DNA of 35,585 nucleotides from Candidatus Thorarchaeota archaeon. GTDB taxonomy: Archaea; Asgardarchaeota; Thorarchaeia; Thorarchaeales; Thorarchaeaceae. Within the stretch, counting starts at the first letter, position 1; each line of letters starts with the position of its first letter. Position numbers and translations under genes: made by a program. Positions 1-9,796 of the stretch are shown here, in pieces. The notes beneath the pieces were generated by a model, which saw only the letters and a list, made by a program, of their open reading frames with translations, searched no databases and was not told the DNA's origin. Location of the stretch: positions 2,157,217 through 2,192,801 of the forward strand of contig CP070761.1 in NCBI GenBank assembly GCA_020348985.1, in the 5' to 3' direction.

Positions 1-48
1 GTGTTGGAGACCTTCGTAGACCAGCTAAGAGCCGAAGTCGTCCAAGAA

Positions 49-636
49 CTAGGAAGTCCGCCTTTCGAGAAGTAACTCCAAATACGACTTCCGAGTGGAC
101 TCAGCTGGATCGAGACCCATCTTTCTAGCCAGCTCGAATATCGTCTCCCTGGTCGGCTGAATCTGATCTTCGGAAAACACAACTAGCTCAAGCTCTGCAT
201 ACACACCCAGTTCCTCAACCTCATCGATGCTGACCGTGAAACCATCAAGGGCGAAGTACTTGCGGTTCTTCTTTATTGAGGCCACGTAGTTGAAACCAAG
301 CTCTATCAAAATCGACTTGAATGCATCACTGTCAGATATGCCCGTAGAGAGCTCTAAGCGTGTTTTCGAGAGTCTGTCTATCTTCTTCCCCTTGTAGGTC
401 AATTCAGAACGAGGGTAGGAAGGATCTAAGGATTCATCACTGACTTTACCATGGATGCGGGTTCTCAGGCGCAGGGCTTCGTCAGTCAATGAGAATTGCC
501 TGCAAGGATGGTCGTAATAGTCATCAACCTGGTACTCGGATTTCGTTTCTCTTGCGCCCAATTCTGTGAGTGCGTCGTGGACTTGATTGAGGCTCGCTAC
601 GGGAATCTTCACTTCTACCTCTATGGTCTTATTCAT
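49..636 (-). CDS. cyaB: CYTH-domain protein (class IV adenylate cyclase / CyaB-like triphosphatase)
   Basis: N-terminal EVEVK (ExExK) motif, DxYY..P, ALRLR, LTYKG, KxR and C-terminal KSYLELL are typical CYTH signatures. Confidence 0.9.
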   Translation of the reverse strand: MNKTIEVEVKIPVASLNQVHDALTELGARETKSEYQVDDYYDHPCRQFSLTDEALRLRTRIHGKVSDESLDPSYPRSELTYKGKKIDRLSKTRLELSTGISDSDAFKSILIELGFNYVASIKKNRKYFALDGFTVSIDEVEELGVYAELELVVFSEDQIQPTRETIFELARKMGLDPAESTRKSYLELLLERRTS

Positions 637-787
637 TCTACTTCAGCCTCTTTATGAAAACCAGCGAGAGAATCCTACGTCCAGAAGTTAGGTCTTTTCA
701 TTCTGAGATACAATCGTGTGCTACAAGAGGACAACTTGTGCGGCCATAATCCACATAACTACACTGATTTCTACTGAGTTGGCTGAT

Positions 788-2047
788 TTGGCGTTGTCAA
801 GAGTCAAACTGTACAAGTGCGCAAAATGCGGCAATGAATACACTGACGACACAGTCCCAGCCAATGATGGCTGTGGAGGAAGAATAGACATCGAATTCGA
901 CCTGGAGTCCTTGAAGGAATCAATCTCTCGGGAATCCCTCCGGAAACGTGGCGGAGGTCTTTGGAAGTACTTTGAGCTAATGCCTCTCCGGGAGAGAGAG
1001 AACATAGTAACGTTGGGAGAAGGCGGAACGCCTCTTCTGCCGGCAAGACGACTTGGAGAGGAGATGGGCTTTAGAAATCTCTTCATCAAGATTGAAACTG
1101 TCAATCCATCGGGATCTTTCAAAGATCGACCGATATGTGTGGGGATAAGCCGTGCGCTAGAAGATGGAGTAGGAACGGTTTCTGCTGCTTCCTCGGGTAA
1201 TGCTGCTGCATCAATGTCCACATATGCGGCAAAGTCAGGACTCAGGGCTGTGGTTTTTGTGCCGGAAGATGCACCGGCTGCAAAGCTCATTCATCTCAGG
1301 ACCCTTGGAGCTCATGTATTCAGGGTGAAGAAGGTCCAAGAGGGTATAGACCCCACAACAACGCTGCTCGAGTCTGCCTGCAAAGAATTTGGATGGACAC
1401 CCTCTCCGTCCTTTGGTCCATTCAATTGTTTTCAATTCGAAGGCACCAAGTCAATGGGATACGAAATCGCAGAACAGATGAATTGGGATCCACCAGACTG
1501 GGTTCTATACCCGACTGGCAGCGGAGGACTAATGGCAGGAAGCTCCAAGGGATTCAAGGAATTCCAGGAAATGGGACTCATTGAACGAGTCCCAAGACCA
1601 GTTATTGTGCAACCAAACGGGTGCGCTCCGATTGTTCGAGCATTCAAGGAAGAGCAGGACCCGCTTGATATCAAACCTTGGGATTCCAACGAGACCGTTG
1701 CAGGTGGACTTGCAGATCCGTTTCCTTGGGATGGGGATGCAGCTTTGAACTACCTGAACAAGGCCAACGGCGAGGCCATATCAGTTTCTGACGAGAGCAT
1801 TGAAAGATATCTTCTGCTTCTAGGGAAGCTGGAGGGGGTCTTTGCAGAGCCGAGTGGTGTGGCTGCTCTTGCCGGACTAGAGCACCTTGCCCAAGATGGG
1901 ATCATTGACAAACAAGATCGAATCGTTGTTCCCATAACTGGTTCTGGGTTCAAAGATTTGGCAACATCCGATCGCCTAACGCCCCAAGTGCAAGTGATAA
2001 TACCGGACACCACAGAGCTTAGCAGGGCCCTAGCAGGGCGTGTTTGA
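788..2047 (+). CDS. thrC: Threonine synthase-like PLP-dependent enzyme with N-terminal Zn ribbon
   Basis: LGEGGTPL, NPSGSFKDR (PLP lysine), ASSGNAAAS, EGxKxxxYEI, PTGSGG, EPSG, TGSGFK. Start uncertain (TTG 788/794; ORF opens at 716). Confidence 0.85.
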   Translation: MALSRVKLYKCAKCGNEYTDDTVPANDGCGGRIDIEFDLESLKESISRESLRKRGGGLWKYFELMPLRERENIVTLGEGGTPLLPARRLGEEMGFRNLFIKIETVNPSGSFKDRPICVGISRALEDGVGTVSAASSGNAAASMSTYAAKSGLRAVVFVPEDAPAAKLIHLRTLGAHVFRVKKVQEGIDPTTTLLESACKEFGWTPSPSFGPFNCFQFEGTKSMGYEIAEQMNWDPPDWVLYPTGSGGLMAGSSKGFKEFQEMGLIERVPRPVIVQPNGCAPIVRAFKEEQDPLDIKPWDSNETVAGGLADPFPWDGDAALNYLNKANGEAISVSDESIERYLLLLGKLEGVFAEPSGVAALAGLEHLAQDGIIDKQDRIVVPITGSGFKDLATSDRLTPQVQVIIPDTTELSRALAGRV

Positions 2048-2070
2048 GCAACAGACGACGGTGAGTTCCG

Positions 2071-3048
2071 TTGGCCGAAAAGAAGAGAAAACAAAGAGCA
2101 AAGGAACTGGCCAAGGAGTTTGGTTACCTACCGTACATGACTGAACGCTACCTTGCATTGTGGGGAGAGGAGGAGACTCTGTCTTTTCTTGAGGCGTGCG
2201 AAATAGCCCCGAAAACTGCTATCAGGATCAATTCTCTGAAGATGCCTATTGAGCAGACTGTTAGGAGAATGAAGCGGAAGGGCATCGCACTAAAGAGAGT
2301 ACCTTGGCTTGAAGAGGGCTTCACTGCAGACTTTGGTGATCGTACTCCGGGCTCTCTGTTTGAACACTTGTTTGGTCACTACTACGTTCAAGGCGTGCCT
2401 TCTATGACCGTAGTGAAGGCTCTTGATCCACAGAAGGGAGAAGTTGTGATGGACTTGGCCTCTGCTCCGGGAGGGAAGACAACACACATCTCTCAGTTGA
2501 TGGAGAACACTGGTACTGTATTCTCTATTGAGTTGGATCGACTGAGGATGAGGAGTCTTGTAAATAACATTCAGCGATGTGGAGTAACTAATGCTATTGC
2601 TCTTCGTGGAGATGCCAGGAAATTGGACGGTCTTGGAGTTGCCCCTGACCGCATTCTGTTGGATGCACCATGCTCTGGTGAGGGCCTAATCCCATTAGAC
2701 CCCGCGAGAAAGAGAAGTAAGACCATGGCTGACATTAGATACTGTGCAACAAGACAGGATGAGCTGCTTGATTCGGTCATCAAAACTCTTGCTCCTGGAG
2801 GTGTTCTCGTCTACTCCACCTGTTCGATAGCCCCAGAAGAGAACGAGTACGTCATCGACAGCATTCTTGGAAAACATCCGGAGATGAAGATTATACAGAT
2901 CGATCAAGAATTCGGTGTGCCAGGTTACACCCAGCCATATGGCGTGTCACTTGATGTTTCCCTCTCGCAATCGAGAAGATTCCTTCCGCATATCCATGGC
3001 CTAGAGGGATTCTTCATCTGTAAGATGAGAAAGGAGGGAGATAGATGA
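2071..3048 (+). CDS. RsmB/NOP2 family RNA m5C methyltransferase
   Basis: DLASAPGGKTTH, ILLDAPCSGEG, VYSTCS..PEENE, GFFICK motifs. Confidence 0.93.
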   Translation: MAEKKRKQRAKELAKEFGYLPYMTERYLALWGEEETLSFLEACEIAPKTAIRINSLKMPIEQTVRRMKRKGIALKRVPWLEEGFTADFGDRTPGSLFEHLFGHYYVQGVPSMTVVKALDPQKGEVVMDLASAPGGKTTHISQLMENTGTVFSIELDRLRMRSLVNNIQRCGVTNAIALRGDARKLDGLGVAPDRILLDAPCSGEGLIPLDPARKRSKTMADIRYCATRQDELLDSVIKTLAPGGVLVYSTCSIAPEENEYVIDSILGKHPEMKIIQIDQEFGVPGYTQPYGVSLDVSLSQSRRFLPHIHGLEGFFICKMRKEGDR

Positions 3049-3584
3049 GTCTTGAGATAGTTAGCCAACTGGACTGGCAGATGGTCACAGAGGTCGTGGA
3101 CCAGGAGTTTGGTGAAGGAGTCACTAAGACTCTGAGAGGGAGACTCATGCCGGTCTCAAAGAAGTCGAAGAAAGGCATCTCCTACTACTTGGTGTCTTCT
3201 GATTGGATGAGGTTTCTGCAGAACAAGTTCACGGACTTTGAGCCCGCACATCTGGGACGGCGATTCGGCGACATAGTAGAGGGAAGATTCAGATTCAGTC
3301 TGTCGATGCTTGATGAGCTGAAGGATGTGACACCGAATCATTTGGTTGTTTCTGGAAAAGGCGCTGAAGCATTCACGTACGGGAGGAGTATCCTGAAGGA
3401 ATCGGTTGTTGAGGTTGCACCAGGGCTTTCAAGAGAACAGAGAGTCGTAGTCCTGAATAAGCACGGAGACTGCCTAGGATTGGCGTCTCTCACAGTGGAC
3501 TCCGAAAGAATAGGGCGCCTCGGTCCCGACCGTCTTGTAGCGAAAAACCTTGCAGACATTGGATGGTACATTCGCAATGAATGA
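3045..3584 (+). CDS. Nip7-like PUA-domain ribosome biogenesis protein
   Basis: AEAFTYGRSI...VVVLN..GDCLGL...KNLADIGWYIR C-terminal pattern; overlaps and follows the nop2-like gene. Confidence 0.8.
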   Translation: MSLEIVSQLDWQMVTEVVDQEFGEGVTKTLRGRLMPVSKKSKKGISYYLVSSDWMRFLQNKFTDFEPAHLGRRFGDIVEGRFRFSLSMLDELKDVTPNHLVVSGKGAEAFTYGRSILKESVVEVAPGLSREQRVVVLNKHGDCLGLASLTVDSERIGRLGPDRLVAKNLADIGWYIRNE

Positions 3585-3600
3585 GATTCGGGTTATAGAT

Positions 3601-4347
3601 CTACAGATACATGGAAGCAGGATCATCCCTTTCTTCAATACTCTTGCGCATCTTCTCCAGACGTTCAATCTCACGAGACTCTTCCAAGAGTTGGTCAACA
3701 TTCGCCTTGACGCCGAAAACATCGTTTATCTTCTCAAGCATAGTAGCTGCAGATCGTGGGTCTGGTCTGCCCCTCGTGGCATAGGATAGCAAGCCAATAC
3801 CTGGAGTGTCACGCATCTCAAGTTCAGCCAAAAGCAGTGCCAGCGGGCCAGCAACAAAGAGCCCCTCCTCCAATATCGGAACAGCCCACTTCTCCACCAT
3901 AGATTTGTACGCTGCAGTAGGAACGCATCTGATACTGTCTCCATCGCCCTCTTCCTTGAAGCTCATGTCAAGTCCCCCCAAGAGAATAGTTTCTGCGAAT
4001 TCGTTCTCCGCAATCCAATCTGCAAGCCGATCTATGAAGTTCCATTGGTCAGACTGATGTGGTTGAAATCTCGGCACAAGGAAGACCATCTTCTTCTCAG
4101 CGTATGAGTAGATCTCAAACGGAAGCACTAGTCGCTCGTTTTCCATGGATACAAACAACGGCAGCATGTCGCTTTTGATGAAGCCTACTCTGTCTGCCTT
4201 GAGTGTCCTTGTTAGATGAGCTGTGCTCAGAAAGCCTACCTCACCGAGTCCATGGAAGCCAGTTAGAAGCGTGGAACCAGGCTCTATCTTGAATCCATTT
4301 TTGAGGATAATCCTAAACGATGAGGGTCTTGTTGCCACAAATGCCAT
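3601..4347 (-). CDS. PAC2-family proteasome assembly chaperone/activator (PbaA/PbaB-like) with C-terminal HbYX
   Basis: TGFHGLGEVG, ILLGGL, GPLALLL, PDPRSA; ends in ...SMYL. Confidence 0.88.
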   Translation of the reverse strand: MAFVATRPSSFRIILKNGFKIEPGSTLLTGFHGLGEVGFLSTAHLTRTLKADRVGFIKSDMLPLFVSMENERLVLPFEIYSYAEKKMVFLVPRFQPHQSDQWNFIDRLADWIAENEFAETILLGGLDMSFKEEGDGDSIRCVPTAAYKSMVEKWAVPILEEGLFVAGPLALLLAELEMRDTPGIGLLSYATRGRPDPRSAATMLEKINDVFGVKANVDQLLEESREIERLEKMRKSIEERDDPASMYL

Positions 4348-4510
4348 TCTATTCAAACCTCAGTCGGAAGATGTGTGAGATTAAGCAATGCACACAGTCA
4401 TCTGACAGCTGGGGGTCAAATTGGGACCTTTTAGAGCTTTGTCATAGCTGCGGAACACTGCCTTAAGCCGCTGGAGCTATAGCGAAACGAGTTATGTAGG
4501 GTCTTTCATC

Positions 4511-5185
4511 CTACACTGGCCTGAGTGCATGAAGCCGAACCTTAGCGATATCGCGACGAGTTTCTGCGTCTGTGCGCATCCTCCGAAGATCAGCACTCTT
4601 GTTCTTGAGAATCTCGTCCATCGTAGTTCCGAGATTGTCTTTTGTGACAAGTAGACGCACATCATCCCCAATTGATTCAATCACATTCGTTGGCACAATG
4701 ATGTCGATATCTTCCCTTAGTCCAATGGCTTCAAGCTTCTCCTCGAAGAAGCTGCCTCCAACTGTCAACCATGCTGAACCGTCAACATCAAAATCAACGT
4801 CGATTGTTCTGCCAACCTTGACGCCATCTTTATCGAAAATGTCGAGCTTTTCCAGTTTGGTGAGACGTATTTCGCCCTCTGGGATAGCTTCGTCATCCAG
4901 AGTTGTCTTCAGATTATCCACCGTCGTGCTAAGGTGAATCTTGTTTCCAAACTTCTCAATGAATGATGCGTTGAATAATGGATCCTTGTCTGGAATGACC
5001 CTAATTGCTTCTAGGAATTCCTCCAATCTGGGACCCGCAAGTATGAACTGAGAGAGGCGAAGATTGCCATCAAATGTGAATGTGAAGTCTGTTATCTTGC
5101 CTATCTTCTTGTCTTTTGAATCAACAACATCAAGCTTCTTCAACTCTCTGCAACAGAAAGATCGTGTTAGCTCCATGGTCATCAT
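4511..5185 (-). CDS. Tandem PRC-barrel domain protein
   Basis: Two repeats LKKLDVVDSKDKKIGKITDFTF / LEKLDIFDKDGVKVGRTIDVDF, each followed by EExLEAI...; start at ATG 5185/5182/5176. Confidence 0.8.
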   Translation of the reverse strand: MMTMELTRSFCCRELKKLDVVDSKDKKIGKITDFTFTFDGNLRLSQFILAGPRLEEFLEAIRVIPDKDPLFNASFIEKFGNKIHLSTTVDNLKTTLDDEAIPEGEIRLTKLEKLDIFDKDGVKVGRTIDVDFDVDGSAWLTVGGSFFEEKLEAIGLREDIDIIVPTNVIESIGDDVRLLVTKDNLGTTMDEILKNKSADLRRMRTDAETRRDIAKVRLHALRPV

Positions 5186-5295
5186 GCATTCCAGCAGAGA
5201 GACATCCAAATAAAGGCTGGGGCAGACATACACAGACACTTTTTCTCAGAGCTCTTTTGGAGTAAACTGATGTCATTTGACTCTTTGATTAAGCT

Positions 5296-7599
5296 ATGGC
5301 AATGATGATTAGGACAAACACTAATAGGAACTGGCCCGAGCTGGAAAAGCGCATTCCGTCAATCGGAGTGGAGACTGAATTGAGCACCCTGAGAGAACTG
5401 GAACTCGAGCAGACTGCTCCAAGACTATTGGAGGTCCTTAGGAGACAAGGTCTTGCAAGGCTAACAAAGTTCCAGATGGATGCGATCGAGCAGGGGATTA
5501 TGAGGAGGACAAACCAGCTTCTTGTGACGGTAGACTATGATGAAGCCTATCAGATTGCAGAGATTGCTCTTCTCAATCGAGTGGCCTCGGATTTCAAAGC
5601 CAAAGGCATAGTAGTGTGTCCCAATCCACACCAAGCAGAGAAGAAGTTCCAATCTCTCAGTCAGAAGTGCAGGAGACTAGGGATCGAATCTACCGAGATT
5701 ATCAGAAGAAGAAAGGCAATTAGACAAAAGCTGGGAAGCGGCCGGGTTATTGTTGCTACATACCAGTCACTGGGAATAGCCATCTCACTGCACCCGGAAA
5801 TCCTTGAAGACGTCGAATGTGTTCTGGTTGATAGATTGGATTTGATAGGGCAGCCTCAGCTCGGTGCAACATTGGAGAGTGCACTTGTAACTCTGATGGG
5901 AAGCGACTCAGAGATCCAGTACATCGGGATTCTACCGCCTGTACTGGACCTAGATGAACTAAGCCAGTGGATGAACGCCCGTATAGTTGAGGATTTCAAA
6001 CAGGAAGTGCGTCGGATATACAGTGTAAAGGCCTTTGAAGAAGCAGACGAATCACTTGCTGACCTTACGGAGTTTGTCCACTATCGGCACGGACAAATCA
6101 TCATTCTGTGTGCAGACTCGTCAACCAGCGAAGAACTCGCGGGCAAGCTGTCAGGAACCATTGAGAGTGATCGTGATGTTGCTTTAGATCTTCGGCTTTC
6201 TCCTGAACAGCGGGATGATTTGCGACATCAATCGATAGAACTAGGGAGAATCTATCCCGATTGCGATATGACTGAGCGACTCGAAGAGATGTTTGCAAGA
6301 GGTGTCGCCTTCTTTCACGAAGGGGTGTCTAGGGCCCAGCGCCGCCTGATATCCAGATCATGGAAACAGAGAGAGCTTCCTGTCCTGGTGATGCCAACGG
6401 GATTTGCCATGGGAAGTGACCTTAGGTCAACTATTGTCTTCCTAATGGGTGTGTTTATGCAAGAAACAGATGAGGTTCTTTCTGACGAGGATAGTCTGAC
6501 GATGCTCTCCGAATGGAGGCTAAATGACGTCTTTAATTCCGCAGGAAGAACAGGTATCGATAACGAAGCGTTCGGGATTGTAGTTGTTGACAATCAGACG
6601 GAAAGAGAGCGCGTCCTTGCCAAGTATTTCAACGTAGACTCAGAAGGGAACATCCGCCCTCGCCTCGGAGAAGTAGACAGTGCAATGGACGACCCTGAGA
6701 ATGCGCAAGATCTAGTTCTTCGACAGATATGTGGAGGCACAAGGCAGACTGACGATCCTTATTCAGTTCTGGATCGTTCCTACTGGGCAGAATCCAACCG
6801 AACAACAAGCATCACTTCGGAGGAGATTCTCGCCACCGATAATGCTTCAGTTGAGGCCCTAGTGTCTCTGAGAGCAACAAAGACCACGGCAGACAGAGCC
6901 GAGGAGATACCTGACAAGGATGTGAGACTCGTTTCAGTTAACCCAGTTAAGATAGAAGGTCTGGTCCACAGTGCAACAAGAGACCTTTGGCATCATGTGG
7001 TGTTGAGAGCAGGCGAGGGAGTTTCATGCACATGTGAGTCTTGGAAGTTCCAAGGTATTAGAAGGCACAGACTCTGCAAGCACCTCGTCAAGTTCGCATC
7101 TTTCGCATTGAATGATGATGATTCCAAACCTTATGCGCGATCGGTAACGATTCAGGCTCTTCGAGGCCTAGAAATCCTTCGGGAACTCGAAAGCGATGGG
7201 TTGATTGTGAGAGAAAAAGACTCGTTCCGTTGCTCTACACTTGGACGTAATGTTTCAGTACTTGGTGTCCCTGTCAAGGATGCAAAAGCTGTGATGAGAA
7301 CGCTCGGAGGAAAGAAGGGAGAGCTGAACAAGATACTTCTGACTGTATCTAAGTTTAGGACTGGACTGCCTCGCTCAATGCTGAAGCGGACTCTAGACAG
7401 AGTGAGCTTGGAGAGCTTGAACGAGATTGTGGCGCAGACGAATGATCCACCCGGAGTTGTAGAGAATATAGTAGAGGAGATACAATACATCAACTCTATT
7501 CTGCTACGTCTCATGGCAGGTTCATCACGCAGGGGACTAAACAAGGAGAGTTTCAAGCTAGATCAGATTCTACTGAAACTACTGGACGAAATAGGTTAA
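5296..7599 (+). CDS. Hel308/Ski2-like pseudo-helicase with inserted SWIM zinc finger
   Basis: Colinear with Hel308 (LTKFQ Q-motif, VIVATY, GATLE, ELSQWMNA, RGVAFFHEG, AGRTGID, STLGRNVS), but Walker A, DExH, SAT and motif VI are substituted; CTCESWKFQGIRRHRLCKH = SWIM. Start may be 5368/5380. Confidence 0.8.
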   Translation: MAMMIRTNTNRNWPELEKRIPSIGVETELSTLRELELEQTAPRLLEVLRRQGLARLTKFQMDAIEQGIMRRTNQLLVTVDYDEAYQIAEIALLNRVASDFKAKGIVVCPNPHQAEKKFQSLSQKCRRLGIESTEIIRRRKAIRQKLGSGRVIVATYQSLGIAISLHPEILEDVECVLVDRLDLIGQPQLGATLESALVTLMGSDSEIQYIGILPPVLDLDELSQWMNARIVEDFKQEVRRIYSVKAFEEADESLADLTEFVHYRHGQIIILCADSSTSEELAGKLSGTIESDRDVALDLRLSPEQRDDLRHQSIELGRIYPDCDMTERLEEMFARGVAFFHEGVSRAQRRLISRSWKQRELPVLVMPTGFAMGSDLRSTIVFLMGVFMQETDEVLSDEDSLTMLSEWRLNDVFNSAGRTGIDNEAFGIVVVDNQTERERVLAKYFNVDSEGNIRPRLGEVDSAMDDPENAQDLVLRQICGGTRQTDDPYSVLDRSYWAESNRTTSITSEEILATDNASVEALVSLRATKTTADRAEEIPDKDVRLVSVNPVKIEGLVHSATRDLWHHVVLRAGEGVSCTCESWKFQGIRRHRLCKHLVKFASFALNDDDSKPYARSVTIQALRGLEILRELESDGLIVREKDSFRCSTLGRNVSVLGVPVKDAKAVMRTLGGKKGELNKILLTVSKFRTGLPRSMLKRTLDRVSLESLNEIVAQTNDPPGVVENIVEEIQYINSILLRLMAGSSRRGLNKESFKLDQILLKLLDEIG

Positions 7600-7671
7600 C
7601 TTTTATTTGGGCCGCATCGGTGCGGGCTCTTGCCCGTGCACTCACGGACAAAACTTTCCATGGTGAGTCTG

Positions 7672-8817
7672 ATGAAGCTTTTCGAGCATGAAGCGAAAGA
7701 TATCTTCCGAGCCTTTAGAATGCCCACCCCTCCTGGCGGCGTAGCAAAGACTCCTCAAGAAGCTAAGAGAGTTGCAGTCGAAGTTGGGAAACCAGTAGTC
7801 GTGAAGGCCCAAGTACTTGCGGGCAAGAGAGGAAAGGCCGGGGGCGTGAAGTTCGCAGACACTCCAGAGGAGGCTGAGACCCACGCCAAGGATATTCTCA
7901 AGCTCAGAATCAACGACCTGCCTGTAGAAGCGGTACTGATTGAGGAGAAACTCGAGATTGAACAGGAGATTTACGCAGGCATCACTATAGACCGGAATCG
8001 AAGGAAGTATGTTGTGATAGGCAGTGCAGCTGGAGGCATGTCAATTGAGGAGCTGGCAGAGGAGAATCCCGAGAAGATCATCAAGATGTATGTTGACCCG
8101 TTGGGAGACTTCCTGCCATTCGAAGCTCGTAAGATGGCACTTGCCATGGGATTCAAGGGAAAGCAGATTCAACAATTGGCAAGCTTCTTTCTGAAGCTAT
8201 GGGAGATAGTCAAAGCATACGATGTTGAGCTGACCGAGATTAATCCACTCATTCTTACCAAGGATGGAAGATTCCTTGCGGCTGATGCAAGGCTGAATGT
8301 GGATGATAGCGCTTTGTACCGTCACAAGGAGCTGATTGAGGGTTTTAGGAGAGAGTCAGCTGAACAGAACGAACGTGAAAGGTTGGCCTCTGAGAATGAT
8401 ATGGCATATGTTGAACTTGACGGCAATATTGCTTGCATCTGCAACGGTGCCGGACTAACCATGGCAACTCTTGACGCAGTAACACTCTATGGTGGAAATG
8501 CCAGCACCTTCTTGGACCTCGGAGGCGGAGCAACTGCAGAACGTGTAGAGAAAGGCATCGAGATTGCGATGATGTATCCTAAAGTAAAGGCAATCCTCGT
8601 CAATATCATGGGAGGAATTACAAGATGTGACGAAGTTGCCAAGGGCATCATAGCTGCAAGAAGAGACGGTGACATTACGGTACCACTAGTTATTCGCATG
8701 GTAGGCACTAATGAAGAAGAAGGGCAGGAGATTCTCCAGAAGGAGGGAATCCCTTTTCTGAAGACTATGGAAGAGGCGGCTTCGAAGGTGGTCGAGCTAG
8801 TAAAGGAGGTAGCATGA
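7672..8817 (+). CDS. sucC: Succinyl-CoA synthetase (ADP-forming) beta subunit
   Basis: MKLFEHEAK, VVKAQVLAGKRGKAGGV, EINPL, NGAGLTMATLD, FLDLGGGA, GGITRCD; SD GGTGAG before ATG 7672. Confidence 0.96.
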   Translation: MKLFEHEAKDIFRAFRMPTPPGGVAKTPQEAKRVAVEVGKPVVVKAQVLAGKRGKAGGVKFADTPEEAETHAKDILKLRINDLPVEAVLIEEKLEIEQEIYAGITIDRNRRKYVVIGSAAGGMSIEELAEENPEKIIKMYVDPLGDFLPFEARKMALAMGFKGKQIQQLASFFLKLWEIVKAYDVELTEINPLILTKDGRFLAADARLNVDDSALYRHKELIEGFRRESAEQNERERLASENDMAYVELDGNIACICNGAGLTMATLDAVTLYGGNASTFLDLGGGATAERVEKGIEIAMMYPKVKAILVNIMGGITRCDEVAKGIIAARRDGDITVPLVIRMVGTNEEEGQEILQKEGIPFLKTMEEAASKVVELVKEVA

Positions 8818-8818
8818 G

Positions 8819-9688
8819 ATGGCCGTGTTGGTGAACAAGGAAACTAGAGTTATCATCCAAGGCATAACAGGTGGTCAAGGCACCTTCCACTCGGCTGCCA
8901 TGCTCGAGTACGGAACAAAGATTGTCGCTGGAGTTACTCCTGGTAAAGGAGGCCAAGAGATCAACGGAATTCCCGTCTATGACAGTGTTGAGGAAGCGAA
9001 ACAATCTCATGATGCGACTGCATCCGTGATCTTCGTTCCTGCTCCATTTGCTGGAGATGCGGCGCTTGAAGCCATTGCTTCGGATCTTGACCCGGTAGTT
9101 GTCATAACTGAGCATGTTCCAGTTAGGGACGAAATCAAAGTTATTCACACTGCGAAGCAGAAAGGAACCACGGTCATCGGACCGAATACGCCTGGAATAA
9201 TCACTCCAGGAGCCTCCCAAAAACTTGGTATAATGCCAGGACACGTCTTCTCAGATGGCGTTGTCGGTCTCATGTCAAGAAGCGGAACCTTGACCTACGA
9301 GATAGCTGCAGGGATGACTTACGCAGGTATTGGAATCTCTACCGCGATTGGCCTTGGAGGAGATCCATGTGTGGGGCTTACAGCAATAGAGGCTGCAAAG
9401 CTGTTCAAGGATGATAAGGGAACGAGGGCCATTGTGCTCGTCGGAGAAATTGGCGGTGATGCGGAGGAGAGAGCAGCCATCTATATCAAAGAGAACTATG
9501 ATATTCCTGCTGTGGGCTTCATAGCCGGAAGGACTGCACCGCCAGGAAAGAGGATGGGGCATGCAGGCGCTATCATCAGCGGTAGCACAGGGACGGCAGC
9601 AGCCAAGGTAAAAGCTTTCGAGGACGCGGGCATCTCAGTAGCTGAAAAGCCAAGTGATGTTGCTCGTCTACTCAACGAGCTCCTTTAG
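8819..9688 (+). CDS. sucD: Succinyl-CoA synthetase alpha subunit
   Basis: [41 protein letters not shown] (phospho-His). Confidence 0.96.
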   Translation: MAVLVNKETRVIIQGITGGQGTFHSAAMLEYGTKIVAGVTPGKGGQEINGIPVYDSVEEAKQSHDATASVIFVPAPFAGDAALEAIASDLDPVVVITEHVPVRDEIKVIHTAKQKGTTVIGPNTPGIITPGASQKLGIMPGHVFSDGVVGLMSRSGTLTYEIAAGMTYAGIGISTAIGLGGDPCVGLTAIEAAKLFKDDKGTRAIVLVGEIGGDAEERAAIYIKENYDIPAVGFIAGRTAPPGKRMGHAGAIISGSTGTAAAKVKAFEDAGISVAEKPSDVARLLNELL

Positions 9689-9796
9689 AATTGGCTTTGA
9701 CCGAGCACAAGGCTTAAAACCTCACTCGGGCGGAAGGCCTGAGCGGGCTCAGACAGTAGCTATCTGGTTCGTCTACCAAAACTGAGGTCAATTTGG

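Noticed and set aside
4357-4470. Possible C/D-box sRNA or hairpins upstream of the PAC2 gene
   Set aside because: Boxes are degenerate, and the stems rely on G-U pairs on the strand opposite the gene
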